A stretch of 64,000 nt of DNA from Cercozoa sp. M6MM. Taxonomy: Eukaryota > Protista > Endomyxa: Ascetosporea. The DNA is taken from assembly GCA_040357565.1 (NCBI GenBank), contig JBDODJ010000020.1; one strand, given 5' to 3'. This document shows, one piece after another, positions 25,596 to 39,453 of this stretch. The translations under genes and the position numbers were made by a program. Numbering within the stretch: position 1 is the first letter of the stretch; the number at the start of each line of letters is the position of its first letter. The notes under the pieces were generated by a model. That model ran no database searches. It had not been told where the DNA came from and saw only the letters and a program-made list of their open reading frames with translations.

Positions 25596-25986
25596 AGCAC
25601 CTCTGCCTGCTCGGTGTGTCCGGTAGTTGTTCAACTGTAGCCTCTCTCTTGTGACTCCTCCGATGATGATGTACAGTACTTTATTAAGTTGCTGTAACCA
25701 CTAGATATGCTGTATATTAGGTTTAACGCCTACGCTATATAGGAAGCTCCATCACCCACGAACAGCGACGCATTCTTTTTTTAAATTCACGGCTTTATAC
25801 TGAGAGGACTCACTGTCTTTGACTGGGAGGCAATGTACATTACCTAAACCAACCCAGTTCATTTGCAAGCCAGCGTTTTAACCAAAAGTGCTGCAGAAAC
25901 AGTTGGAGTATAAACAGCGTCGCAGAGCCGCGTCTAGAAAACTACTGTCCTTGACTGGAAGATTAAGTTTATGTAAATACTGTATC

Positions 25987-28900
25987 TCAGCGTCGATGGC
26001 GACGTTTAAGTCGCGAAAAGCGGTCCGAATGACTGCGATTTAGTGCTTCAAATGACTCGACAGAGTCGACGCTGCGACTGCTTTCAGAGAGACTTGAGAA
26101 CTCCTAAAAAACCAGAAATTGATACAGCTTCCTGTCACTTTGGCCACCACTTAAAAGTGAGAGATATGGGATACAATGGGTATCTTCGCAATATTGACTG
26201 CACTGCGCGAGCGTGATCTCGAGGGCCGACGTGAAAGCTTGCCAGCGCTGCTTCTGCTCCGTGTACTTTCAGAGAAGTAACTGGCGCTGTCGTCACTGCT
26301 ACTGTAGCTATCGCTGCTCCATGTGTCGGATGTATGCGTTGATGTGCTGTAACTGCGCCTTTCGCCTCCTATGTGTGAGCATCGTACACAGTACGGGTAG
26401 GGAAACCTCGCATGGGAGGGTACCTCCACGCTGGGAGTAACTGTGAGTGTCTTCGTCTCGGTGCGCGTCGCGCAAGCGTCTCACACGCACATTAGTGCCG
26501 TAGCGACGCTCAGGTGGTGGATCGATTGTTGGAACGGTGCTGTCCCGGTAGCTGGGAACACTGCCGCTGCAGCCACTCCCTGAAGCAGGTCGCAGAGACC
26601 GTACTTCCTTAAACTGAAACTGGAAGGAGAAGCTACCATGCGATTCTTCGAAAGAGGACACACTGCTCGATGGTGACTTGGGAGGAAGGACCTGATCGCC
26701 CGGTGCGATGCCCTGAAGGGCAACTTGTGACACGGTGCGTTTCTTGGTGCTTTCGCTCTTCTTTGACGCTGCACGTGTCGGAACCGATCGCGACGAACTC
26801 ACTTCAGGCGATCGAACACTCGGCGATTTTTCGCGCCGTTTCTTTTTCGACTTCTTGGCGCGCTCGGTCTTCTCTAGAAGCGACGCTGCCTTTTTCTCTG
26901 TTATCGGGAGGGTTAGTTCTACTCCACTCTAGACTAGAAGAAACTGGAGTACTTCTGCGATGCCCAAAAATGCCGCAGCAGCAGCACAGCAGGCAGAGTA
27001 GCAACACGACTCCACATGCTGCAGCGAGGTAAATTACATCCTTCTCCGTGTCGCGCCCGGTGTCGATTTCAATGTCTTCGCCGACGACAAAGTTCGTGTA
27101 CTCCGCTATCTACTCAAGGGAGTTGAGGACACTAATTTAATCGAAAAGATGCGGAGAAGCACACCGAGATAGCTTTGACCTCGCCGGTGAACTGCGAAGT
27201 GTCGCGTCGCGTTTCGATATCGTTTTTGATGGCATCACGCAGTATCTGCACCCCAACTGATAAGAAAAACGACTGACCCCAACTGAAAGAACAGAGCTGG
27301 CTACGTCAAGTTGCTTCGCTGCCGAAGCTCCCGTGACCGCGAGTGCATGCCACAGATTCGCCGGATCATCGCCTCCAGTCAGTTGGAACAGACGTCGGTC
27401 CTGGCACAGCGTCTGGTCTTGAGTTCGCAGCAGTGGCAGCGTGCGCAGTGTGCTTTCTCTGAATAAACAAAAATCCAACAGTCGCAGATCCGAATGAAAA
27501 TTGGTGGACGAGAGGGCGGAGAATGAAAAATACGGGAATGATTCTTGAGTTGCGCCCGCATTGGCAGCCGCTCTACGAATGCAGCTTTAGTTTACTTTTA
27601 CAGAGTACAGTTAGCAACAGCAGCTTACGCCAAGATCGATGTGCGAATGGTCGTCAGAACTGCGGCAAACTGGGCAGCAATTGCGCTGCCTTGTGCCTGT
27701 AGGGATTGGAGCATTGAGGAAAGTTGAAAGGAGTTGCAAGCTACCTGCAAAGTGCTGGAGGACAGGGCCAAGCATTCGCCCGGAGTGAAACCACCGCTTG
27801 GAAACTCTTGCTGCAGTTGCGAGTTAGTTCGCCGAATGCCGAGCAGTGCCAGTCTAAAGCAGTTGCAGCAGGTATTTACCAGATAGCTGATCCCAGTTAA
27901 AAGGACAGTTTAATACACCTGTCGCCTCGTGTCTCCGAGTAACACAACTGCTGCTGTAGGCAGAGACCACTTCGAGTTGCTGCATTTACACAAATGAATT
28001 GAGGCAGTCTTTGGTGAGGACTGAAGAAAGGTACCGTTCACAGTCGAGCCGCCGAAGGAAGTGCTTCCGGCAGCAGCTTCGCACGCGGCGAACTCGGTCG
28101 AAATTTCGCACGCTGCGTCGCCAGTCACTGCTTGTGTTCCACTGCATAGTTTCATCAGTTCTTTTCTTCAGTCATGATAATTTAAATGGAAACAAGAGTT
28201 TACGTTCTGGTGGTACACAGACGGCCTTCCCAACCAGTGTCGCAGCGACAAGTACCCGTGATGGTGCAGACGCCATTTCCTAGTATCAGAAAGACAAGTT
28301 GAAGGCTCAAGAAAGGAGAGAACGAGGTATGCATGCACACCGCTGCACTGGACTCCATCGGCATTGGCGGCATCGTTCACTCCGCATTCGACACTGCTCA
28401 AGACCACACCCGAAAGTAGCACTATTGTTCAGTTACAGTTTAGTTGACAATTACGTCTGCACTCCGAGAGCTTGATAGTCGAGCTGACAGTTCTCGCCTC
28501 CAAAGTTGCGTTTGCTGCAAAGAACAAAGCTTCTGACAGACTGTACTAGTTGCACACATCGTTTAGTACCAAAAACAACGGCCGTCGCCATCGCAACTGC
28601 CATCGAGGATACCGGCCGTGTTGATCGGACAAGGACATGGCATGCACGTTGTTGTTGTGTTCGATACTAACTCAGCCAGAATATATGCCGTCTAATACAC
28701 GATGCGTAAGGGGTGCTTACCTCGCGCAAAATACGTTGGTTTGCACGTGTCGCATCCAGGTAGCATTTGGCCTGGTAAGTTCCAACAAAGTCAAAAGGAA
28801 GCAAAGATAAAGGGCTCGTGTATTTACCTGTGCTGGTGCACTGGCAGACACGCAACGAAGGAGGGTTCTACTTGGAGGATTTTGTTTTAATTGATAAGCC

Positions 28901-30003
28901 AAACCGTACAGAAATTCGAGCAAGTGAAAACCGTTGGCAGGGCGACATCGCTTGGAGCGGGTGCACATTCCTAAACCACATCATCCTTTCACAACAGCAG
29001 CTTTGCTGTGATAGTTTTGTTTCAACTGTACAGTACCTGCCCTGCAGCCACGTCACACTGCGCGGAACTGTCGCAGAAGCGCAGATCAGACGTGTCGCAA
29101 CTGACTGTACTTTTTTGCGGTCAATGATTGCAAAGCAAATTGTTCTTGAAAGTGTACTGATGGAAGTCCAGGCTCGAACTGCCGTGTTGCAGGTGTACTC
29201 TCCAATGCCTCCTCCAGTACAGTTGACGACTCTCTAAAAATAGGGTATTTTATGTGTGTTACAGAGCAGGCTTCAGTATAAATTTCACAGTTGTGAATGG
29301 CCGTGGACTCAGCAAGGAAACTCCAACACCAGCAATGTTGCTATCACTCCTCAAGTCGGCCTGCGATATGCGTAAGCAACCAAGGAGTGACAGAGAAAGG
29401 TACATTCAGCTACATGTACCAACGGGCACTGCTGCGACGCGCAAGCACTGCCTGAGTAGCCGGCGAAACATCGACACCCGACGGGAGAGGCGCTGCAGCC
29501 TTAAAAAGTGAAGTATCTGTGTTAGTGTGTAAAAGCGAACTCACGCGTCACAAACGCCGCCTCCGTTGCACTGGTATCCTTGCTGAGCCAAGCAGACAAT
29601 ATGATCTGTAAAACGACCATCTACACCATTAAAACACCGCAGTTTACCGAATTCAACGGGCATGTCGTTGTGTCGACTTCTAAAGCTGTCCAGTTCTGAG
29701 CACACGTGTTGCCGCGAAACGGGTCACGGCACTGACAAAGCCCACTGTCGGGGTGACAACTGAAACCAGAAACATAATTTAAAACAGAGCAGTTTCTACT
29801 AACAATATATGGCAAAAACAAACTGATCATAAAAGTGAGGGTACACTCGAGTTGCAGGGTCTGGACCGCGTCCAAGAATGCAACTGCAGTTGAAACTGAC
29901 ACTCAGCATTTCAAACCCTTAGCGTCAGTACATTTAAACTCATAATCTCGAAGATTTCTCGTCCAATGAGAGTCCGAAAGCGACAAACTCCGAGCTCGAG
30001 CAT
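25987..30003 (-). CDS. Type I membrane protein with EGF-like Cys-rich ectodomain and Ser/Arg/Lys-rich tail; 5' end uncertain
   Basis: EGF-like exons CHPDSGLCQCRDPFRGNTC, QCNGGGVCD, GCRCFAGYSGSAC; TM VIYLAAACGVVLLLCLLCCCCGIF followed by basic HRRK; low-complexity tail ends RLKRRHRR*. Confidence 0.6.
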
Positions 30004-30393
30004 CTTTTTAATTCTCGGCCGAGCTACCACGACTGGGCGAATACTAAATTTTAAACAGGCAACTGACGGGAACTATTGAAAACGGGCCTGTGTTTCTCGT
30101 CGCTGGTCGCCTTAGCACAGACACTAACACGGTCCCTTGCAGTCTAATTGGTTTGATGCGTTTCCCACCCCGGAGGCATCAGTTTGTGAGTAAAAATATA
30201 CTGCGTGAACTACTAGTTCAGGGATGTGAGTGCCCGAGCGCGGGCTACGGTCGAGCAGATCTGAAGGTTGCGTCTTTTTAACTGACGTAACGGCAGCCTA
30301 GCAACGAAAACGGTCGGCCGTGCGTCGGCGTGGAAATCGGGTAGACGTCATTGTGACTCGGGTACTTGCAGGTACTTGCAGTGGCGCGAAAAT

Positions 30394-32210
30394 CTAAAGC
30401 GGTACGGCAGCGACCGGGATACGCAGCTGCTGGCCGTAGTGCTTCTGGCAGTAGGCACGATCCATGTCGCGCAGCTTGCGCAGCAACTCGGCGCCGTCGT
30501 CGGTCTGGTGCACGCCTGTGCAAGCAGCGTTAACGGTCGAAATGGACTCATCACAAAAGGCAGACAACTCACGCTCGTGCACGATGGCGCGACGCTTCTT
30601 GTAGCGCGTCTCCATCGGCATGTCCGAGTAGTCGATCGGCGTCCTACAGTAAGATAGTCAAGTCTCGTCTGGGTCAGACAATCAGTATAGTTTAGGATGA
30701 ACGCACAACGCCTGCGTCTCCTGGACGAAGGCCTTGACCAGACGGTCGGCCTCAGAGTCCTCGACGGCGAAGGGCATCTTCTTCACCGGCACAAAGGTCG
30801 GCTCCACCTGGCCCGTCTGTTCGAACTTGGCGTGCGCCTCTTCGAAGAGCCGCTTCGCGCGCTGCTGCGGCGACAGCGTCGTGTTGAAGGCGCGCTTCAT
30901 CTTCCACACCATCTGCACAGACATGGCACAGTCACACAGGGGTCTCAACACCCTCTGACCCTCAAGAAACTCTCATCTCGTACCTCCTCGTCCTTGGGAA
31001 TCGGCGCGATACCGACACGCTTCTCCTTGAAGAGGGGACCCTCCTTGGCCTCCTGTGCATTGACACAAACATGTCATTTTGTGTCCCTTCGATCGCAACC
31101 AACTAAGGCAACCTTCAGAATGCGGTCGGCTTCCTGTGACACGCACACACAAATTGTACTACTCTCCAGTTGGAACATTGACAGTATGGGCTACCTTCTT
31201 GGCAATCACAGGAGCACCCTGCTCAGGAAGACGCTTGGACTCCATGAACACCAGCAGATGCTTCACCAGACGGTGACGCATCTCCTGCACTCACATGTCC
31301 AAATACATCAGTCAGTCAGTCAGTCGGTCGTTCCAAAAAACAAGCAATATTCAACAACGTACCAGACCAGCAGGACCGAGATTCTTGGGCGGTTGATTCA
31401 GCAGGTACATGTCGAGGTTCTGTCCGGCCAAACATTGAAACGCAACACAAAAGGAGCAGCTGAAGAAAGTCAAAAATTACCTCAGCAAAACGAGAAAGCT
31501 CGCGAAGTGCCGTCGTCGAAATGAACCTGACAACCAACGCGTGAGAGCATTAAACACTTCACTGATGCATTTAAAGTACTTGATCGGCACTTCTTTGCCA
31601 AGAATTCGCGACCAGATCGAATGGTTGCGCGCTGCGAGAATCGAAATAACACATCCGCGCGGACAAGAAAAACCAAAAATACCAATTGTGGGGAACACAT
31701 CGCGTTTGTGGTGCTTGTCAGACCAAGTGCGCTTGCTCCACTTCGTGGTCTTGCGCTTACCGTGCATGAGACCCTTCTTCTCGACTATTGTATAAAACAA
31801 GCGATCAAAACAGCCCTGGCTAAAAGTTTGAAACTAAGGAAACTATCAAAATGTTACCACGAGTGCGAGCGTTGCGGCTGACTTTGCGCATCTGATCCGG
31901 CGTTTCGAGGTACATCTCTTGCAGTTGCAGAGCGTTCGGGAGCTGGAAGGCATTTGGCGAGAAGCCCACCACTGCATCATCAGAAATCATCTTTGTTTCC
32001 TTAGAACACACAAGGTCGTGTACCTTGACCACGCCAAGTCTGCTTGCCGCCAATCACAGCCGGCTGCAAGTGCAACACGAGCACCATCCAAGACAGAATG
32101 AGGCAGGCCCAAAGCACAAAACACATAAATCGTACTCTGGTGGTTTGCCGCGTTCGCCGCTTCGGCCGGTGCGGATAGAGAGCACGTGTGCGCGCCGCAA
32201 ATCTGCCCAT
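30394..32210 (-). CDS. MRPL28: Mitochondrial ribosomal protein bL28m with C-terminal extension
   Basis: Arg-rich presequence-like MGRFAARTRALY; KGLMHGK...KRDVFPTIARNHSIWSRILGKEVPIKFISTTALRELSRFAENLDMYLL follows the L28 pattern (GL.HG...W.PN...WS..L...T.ALR.I...GLD.YLL). Confidence 0.75.
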
Positions 32211-32296
32211 CTTTCACGTCACTCGTGCTAATCCCTCGCTCCAGCGGGCTGGGTGCGCCTGTGCGCAGCACTTTTTCTGGCTCACTGCACCGATAC

Positions 32297-35200
32297 ATGA
32301 GCCGATATCGCAAGTCGTTTATCAGTGGCGGTAGTGGGGTGCAGCTGAGTACTACTTCCGTGTACAATTAACCTTTGGTTTTTAATCGTGTCGAAGTTGT
32401 CAATCCGAGTTGTGACACCAGATATTTGGTGTCGGGCATGCAAACTGACCGAGCGCAGTATGCGACCAAGTGGCTCAAGGTGCACGCTTTCTTGCTGTTT
32501 GAGAGTTGGATAGCAATTTATTTTGTGCAGACGGAGCTACAGATGCTAGCGGCCGAGCAATGTGGCCACACAGATGTTGAAGTGCAGTTGCCGTTTGCGC
32601 AAGCTGTGCGTGCAGCCATGCTGATGCAAGGTCTGCCCACGAACGAGACGACACTGAGTGCAGAGACGCAAAAGTACTGGCCGCTGTTTGCTCAGCTGCT
32701 GCACTACTTCCGACAAGACCAGGCCAAGCGCGAGGCCACACTCGCTTGCAGTCGTAACTTTAATTGCTTGCTTTCAACTCTCTCGTTTTTGGATGAGCTC
32801 TGTTTTCTTTTCGAGTCAGAGCAGCCTCAGATGATCCAAGCACGTCGACACGGTTATCAATACGTTCAGCAGCAACTCTGGCTTCAGCAGCAGCAGCAGC
32901 AGCAGCAAACGCAGGATCAAACGCAGCAGAAGAAACGCTCCCAACACCAGGTCCGCGCGGATGCCGAAACAACAGAAAACGAGCCCAAACGACGGCGTGT
33001 TGTGCGACGCAAAGTTAAACAAACGCAGCAGAAGCAACCACAACAACAGGAACCTGCAGTGGGACAAGTCACTGTCGTTCAGGTGGCGACCCAAGACTCC
33101 GTCCGCGCGGATGCCGCTGAAGACGACAAGAACTTGCTGCCGTTGGGATCGGTTGACTTGTGGTCCGACTACGTGGTGACACACTCCAGCAACGAGCTTT
33201 TCACGCAGTCGTACCTTGACGCCTTTTGAATTCTTGAAAAAAAGTATCTTACTTTTTCATTCTTTGCAGAGTGACCGCGAAAACTGGAGTGCCCGTTCCG
33301 CGCTTTCATGGTTCCAAACGGTACGTACTGTGTTCTTAGATCCCTAGCGTTGATTAAACTGAGCTATTCATTTTGTTTAGACGACGCTGGCGCGAAAAGG
33401 CGCTTTCTGCTCTGGCCGACAGCGGTCAGGTACAGGAAAATACCAAAAAGGCACAACAACGTTCTTCAATTTGTGACTGGCAGGCCGACTGGGCTCAAGA
33501 CGATGTCTACGCCGAATGTGGTGTTCGTGTCGACGTTATGGCGGCTTGGCAGCAGCTTTTGGCAATTCGACACGTGCGGTCGCCGGAAGATGCGCGTGTG
33601 GAGGTGCTTTTGAGCTAAAACGAAAGAATTTGCATGTGATGTTCTTTTGTTCAACAAAATAGGAAGGAATAAAAGCAGTGCGCTCCCTGCTCGAGTCTCA
33701 ACCGGACGATATTGGCGTGGCACCACCAAAGCAAGTGAAACTTGTCGACTTTGAAAACGCGGAACTGCCATTTTTACGATCGGTAAATCTTTGCTCTTTC
33801 GGGTTAACTTTTCCTTCGTTCGTTGAAGCTTCGTTCGTTGAAGTTTTATTTTTTTCGCAGGCAGCCATGATGTTTGAACTTCGAAAGTTCGTTGCAACGG
33901 TATTCTTTGTGGTTGTTGCAACTAGTCAACTGACAGTGTTTTCCTTTTTTCAAGAACTTGCGCGGCTTCAACGAGGATTTGTCAGCGCCGAAACTCGCAA
34001 GATTCGCTCGTCGTCTTTGTAAACGTTTGCCAGGTGTGTTCTTCGCTTTCTCTTGCTTTGTTGTAGTTTACCGAATGTGTAGGTCCGCAACCGGGCGTAT
34101 TGGCGCGAGACAACCTGGAAGTGCTGCGATCTCACATGTACACTGTTTGTACTATTGAACAGAATGAAAATTGGGATTCTGCGCTTGTGTTGTTGCAGGT
34201 ACTATGTGACAGAAAAGAGTGACGGTTTGCGCTTTGTCTTGATGAAAGCTGGTGCCTTTGTGTATGAGTTAGTCGACGGATTTCTCTGCTTTCATTTTTT
34301 CTTTTTGAACTTAGATTTCGGCTGGGCGCTGATTTCGCGTCGTTTCGATTTCTTCACGTTCAACGTAGCAACGTTTTTTGTTTTCTTGGCATGTCTGTTC
34401 CAGTTTTGTTATTTCCTGCAGGTGGAAGATGGCGGATACAAATACGGCATTCCGGACACCACACCTGTATGGCTTTGTTGTTATCGCGCTTAAATACCAA
34501 ACTCAGGGTTCGTACAGGATGGCTGTTCGGCGCTGACGTTGCTGGACGGCGAGTTGCTGCGACACCCGGGTGCTCAAAGCTTATTTTCTTCGCTGCGTTT
34601 CGACAAACGCACGATTTGACAGAAAAGCGACACTTGCACACGTTTCTCGTCTACGATGCAGCAGTGTAGCTTTCACTTTGGGATGCGTTTAATTTGTCGG
34701 TGTGCTGATGTGGCTATTGTGGTTAGTGTGCTGGACCGGCATGTGCACCAGCTGCCGCTTTTTGAGCGACTTGAGCATGTACGCTAATTGATTGCTTTGT
34801 TTGTTTCGAGTGTGTGAATGTGTTTATCTGTAGGTGAAGCCTCTGGTGGAACAGTTCGAACGTGCTTTCAACAGTGGCGCCAATGTCGACGGCTTTCCGT
34901 TCCTGCTGAAACTGAAGCAGGTTTTCTTTCTCTTCTGTACCCTTGCGTTCTTTCCTTTACATCGATAATGCCTCAGATGTGGCCAGCGCCGAGGGTGGAG
35001 GAATGTTTGCGTCGCATCAAGCAAGTTCCGAACGCGCATTGGGTATTATTGTATCTTTCCCTGCCTCCTTGCCCTTTCACCTGCCTCCCGCAGAAATATC
35101 GCGATGCAAGTCGCTCAAACGGCAATGACGGTCTCGTTTTCACACGTGCCAATGCGCCCTATGTCGAGGTACCGCTTTGTTAGTTGCTTTTGTGTGCATT

Positions 35201-35427
35201 CAAAACTATAGAAAACAAATTTAGCGAATGACGAAAGCTTCTGCTCCGGCGCTCGTCAAGTACAAGCCTGCATCTTTGCAGACTGTACCTTACATATTGG
35301 TTTTGTGACGTTGCTTGATTAAACGGCTCTTTTCCTAGGTCGATGTGCGCGTGGTTGCGCCTTTTCTGCGCACCAACGATGATGACACTTTCTCTGTTGG
35401 TGCAATCTCGCTTTGTTTTTTCGCTTG

Positions 35428-35483
<56 letters not shown>

Positions 35484-35493
35484 NNNNNNNNNN

Positions 35494-35546
<53 letters not shown>

Positions 35547-36310
35547 TGTATGTATGTATGCATGCACAATACTGAACTGATCAGATCTCTGGGTGACCGG
35601 ACCCAACGAACAGGAGGTGCGTCTCACCACTGCTGTCGTGCCTGGTACACATTTCCTGCACAATGGACCGGTCGTATGGACTGCCCGATTGTACAGAGGA
35701 CAGTCTGGCCGGGCAACAGTGGCAAACTGTGCTGCAGCCCTTCCTCGCACGCGAGCGTACTTGTTGTTTGTTGTCGTGTGTTTGTTGATGCTGAACGCAT
35801 CCGCGCGGACAGACGAATCGGTCGAGAGCAAAGAAAGCGCCGACCCGCACCTCGACCTGCATGTAGTGTGTGTGTGTTTGTTTTTGTGTTGTGGGTACCC
35901 TCCCCCTTGTGTTGCACAGAGTGTGATTGTGGAAGTCTGCTTCGACGGCAGTCACTGGCGCCCGCTGCTCGCGCGTACGGACAAAAAGATGCCGAACTTT
36001 GTCGCTGTGGCCACGGACACTCTGGTAGACCGCTGTGGCTATGCCACCTGTCGCCCTTGTCTAGGAGATTGTTCCCTTCTGTTTTCCCAGATGGTGGCGG
36101 CGCAAAACCTCGCCGTGGACGAAGTCGTGCGTGCTGCCAAGGTGAGTCTCTCTGCGCTGACTAGAGAGTGTGGACAGATCAGCAGTACCATGTCGAGTGT
36201 ATGTACAGATGGGACTGACGCAGTGGAGCGTCAAGGAGCGAAGTCGCTGCGCTGGTGCCGAGGTCGCCGATCATCCCGACGATATCGCTGCTCGCGCTGT
36301 TCCTGTTTGA
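32297..36310 (+). CDS. mRNA capping guanylyltransferase with long unassigned N-terminal region
   Basis: Motif I YYVTEKSDG, III TLLDGEL, IIIa FLVYD, IV NDGLVF, V LVKYKP and VI RTDKKMPN. The GTase part lies at ~34000-36140. Joining of the 32297-33230 ORF to it is uncertain. Confidence 0.85.
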
Positions 36311-36542
36311 GCTCCCGTAGTGCTAGCGTACGTAGTGCAGACGTGGCAAGTCGTTTCTGCCTGATACTGTACGGTTTTACTCGCGTCAACTATCTTTTCA
36401 CGCCAGTTTCAGAGTTGCCCGAGCGTATCTTCAAAACTGCTGGCCAAACTGGCTCCATCCTGAACAGACTACGTCTACTGACTAACGCTCTCTTTTTGCA
36501 CTGCCAAGGCCTAAATCACTAAAGGCTATGTATGTATCCCTA

Positions 36543-38500
36543 TCAGGCAGCGTGCGCGAGCGCGAGCATGCTCTCGAGCATGAGGGCACTCTCGCCGAGC
36601 AGGTCGTGCGTCATAGTGCCGGCTAGTACAGTGTCGGGCCGTGCCACCAGTGTGAGTCGGCACAGCTGCGGCGACTGCGACACAGGCTGCACGAAGAGGG
36701 CGCCGGCCAGAGTGACGCACCGGTTGGACGGCGCGTGGTGCGGCAGTTCCACCGAGTGCCACACGATCGAGCCGCCTTGTTCTTCCTGTCCTTCTTGTAC
36801 CTGTGCCTGTCCATTTGGTCCATTTGGTCCACCTGGTCCATCTGGTCCAACTGATCCCTGTCCAGGCAGCCGCAGAGTCGACACGACAAGCACGTCCAGC
36901 TCGTTCTCAAAGTTGTCCAGTTTGTAGTGCAGCAGCACACTGCGCTGCGACAGCTTGCGTACCAGCTCGACCTGCTTGGGGTAGGGGGTAGGGGCAGGGG
37001 GTAGGTAGGGGTAGGTAGGGGTAGGTAGGGGTAGGTAGGGGGTAGGGGGTATAGGAAGGTCTACCTGACAGATCTTGGAGATGTGAGTCAAGGCACGCGA
37101 ACTCGCCGCCAGCGACAACACACGACTCGCCGAACGACATGGCGTTGTGCATTGTACCCTAGGGAGGGGGTAAGAGAGACTAAGGGACAGGGGGGGGGGT
37201 AAATACCTGATCGAGAAGTAAGGTCGCCGTTGGTCCGGTGGCAAGTAGTGCAACGACGCGTCTGACATCTGCAGTTCCTATGGGTGGGTAAGGGGTAGGG
37301 GTAGGGGGGTAGGGGTAGGGGGGTAGGGGTAGGGGGTAAGGGTAAGGGGTAGGGTAAGGGTAGGGGTAGGGTAGGGGGCAGAGGGGTAGAGGGTAAGGCG
37401 GATACCTCCAGTGCCTGCAGCGGCAGCGGCACCGAGGTGAAGTCGCCGTTCCTCAATTCGGCCAACTCGCGCGCCTCCTTATGCGCCTGTCGCTCCAGCG
37501 TGCCTAGTCTACCGGGGGGGGGTAAAGAGAGGGTAAAATGGGGGTAAAATGGGGGTGAAATGGGGTAAAATGGGGGTAAAATGGGGGGTAAAATGGGGGT
37601 AAAATGGGGGTAAAATGGGGGGGGGGGGTACAATATCTCTAAATAAATAAATGAATAAACAAATATATATAGAAATAAATAAATAAATGAATGTATGAAT
37701 GAATGAATTAATATATATATATATATGGAAAACATACATCTAAATAAATAAATAAATAGATATAATAATATATAATAAAAGTCGGGGTAAAATGGGGTTA
37801 AAATGTGGGCAAAATGGGGTTAAAATGTGGGCAAAATAGAGGGAAATTGGCGGGATAAAATGGGGGTAAGATGGGGGGGGGGGGTAAAGAGGGGGTATAA
37901 ACGCAGAGTACGACACATCGCGCGTCTCGCTGAGCACGCGTCGCAGCGAGGGTTCGTCGCCCCTGTCGTCAGCCACGTGCAGCCGCAGCACCGGCGCTCG
38001 CACTGCACTCGCCGACGCCGGCGACGAACTGCGCGCCTCTGCACCGCATTCATTCAAGATATACCCCTACATCTACATATAAATACCAAGAAATAAATAA
38101 ATCAATCAATCAATCAATCAATCAATATATAGATATGAAAACATCTATCTATATAAAAAGAATAAAAAATATATATACAAATATACATCTCTATAAGTAA
38201 ATAAATAAATAAATAAACAAATATATAAATATATATCTATAAAAATAAATAAATGAATGTATGAATGAATTAATTAATATATACATGGAAAACATACATC
38301 TAAATAAAGAAATAAACAAATATAATAATACATAATAAAATAAATAAGTAACAAATAAACAAACAAATAAATAAACAAATAAACAAATAAACAAACAAAT
38401 AAATAAATAAATAAACAAACAAACAAATAAACAAACAAATAAATAAATAAAACAAATAAATAAACAAACAAATAAATAAACAAACAAATAAATAAGCAAA

Positions 38501-38555
<55 letters not shown>

Positions 38556-39411
38556 ACAGGGGGGGGGTACGGTCGACGAGTCCCTCATGTTGGCGCACGC
38601 GCGACCAGTGCAGGAAGCGCTGCGCAGCCCACTGGTCGGGCACGATGTCGGCCAGGCCGCGCAGGTCGTGGCGATGGCGTCGCAGCAGTGCAGTCACGCG
38701 GAAGGCCGGCACGCGGTTGCCGCGGTCGCTGAGGATGTGCAGTCCGAGTCGCAGCTGTCTCAGCTGGCTCTGCGACAGCTGCAGCAGCACCTTGCGAAAG
38801 GCGCCGGCTTCCTTGTTGCGCTCGATGTCCAGCAGTCGCTCCAGCAGTCGCAGTGCCATCAGCGAGGCCGTCTTGCTGCGACCCAAGGCGCCACACACTT
38901 GCACCAGGCCTGGTAGCGCTTCCTCTGGGGGAGGGGATGGGGTACAAGGTAGGGGGTAATGGGTAGGGGTAATGGGGTACAAGGTAGGGGCTAACAGGGT
39001 ACAAGGTAGACACACCAACATCGCCATCCTCGCCAATGAGCAGCAGTTTCACAAAGCGATCGCTGAGTCGCGGCTTGGCTTCAAAGTACCAGTCGGCAAA
39101 CTGCTTCATCGCCTTGCACTAAGGGGCAAAGGAGGTAAGGGGCAAAGGGGTAAGGGGTAAGGGGTAAGGGGGGTAGAGGGGGTAGAGGGGTAAGGGGGAT
39201 AGAGGGGGTAAGGGGGTAAAGGGAGGTACAAACCTTGGAGTTGCCCTGCAGTGCAGTCAGCAGATTGACCACTTTGACTTCCGAGGCATGTCGCGCACTC
39301 ACGCGTTTCGCCTGCACAAAAAACATGTTGGTTTGGTCAAACTTAAGAAAGCTCATAAGGTACCACCAGGCCTACTGCACCTGACGATACTGTAGCGACC
39401 TGTCCTTCCTC

Positions 39412-39453
<42 letters not shown>

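Noticed and set aside
36978-37900. Telomere-like GGGGTA/GGGGTAAAAT arrays
   Set aside because: Irregular units confined to GT-AG introns; not a terminal or uniform telomeric array.
38191-39036. Long ORFs with YLFI, HTHT, CVCV or YIYI repeats (also 4174, 35343, 44692, 45985)
   Set aside because: Translations running through intronic microsatellites.
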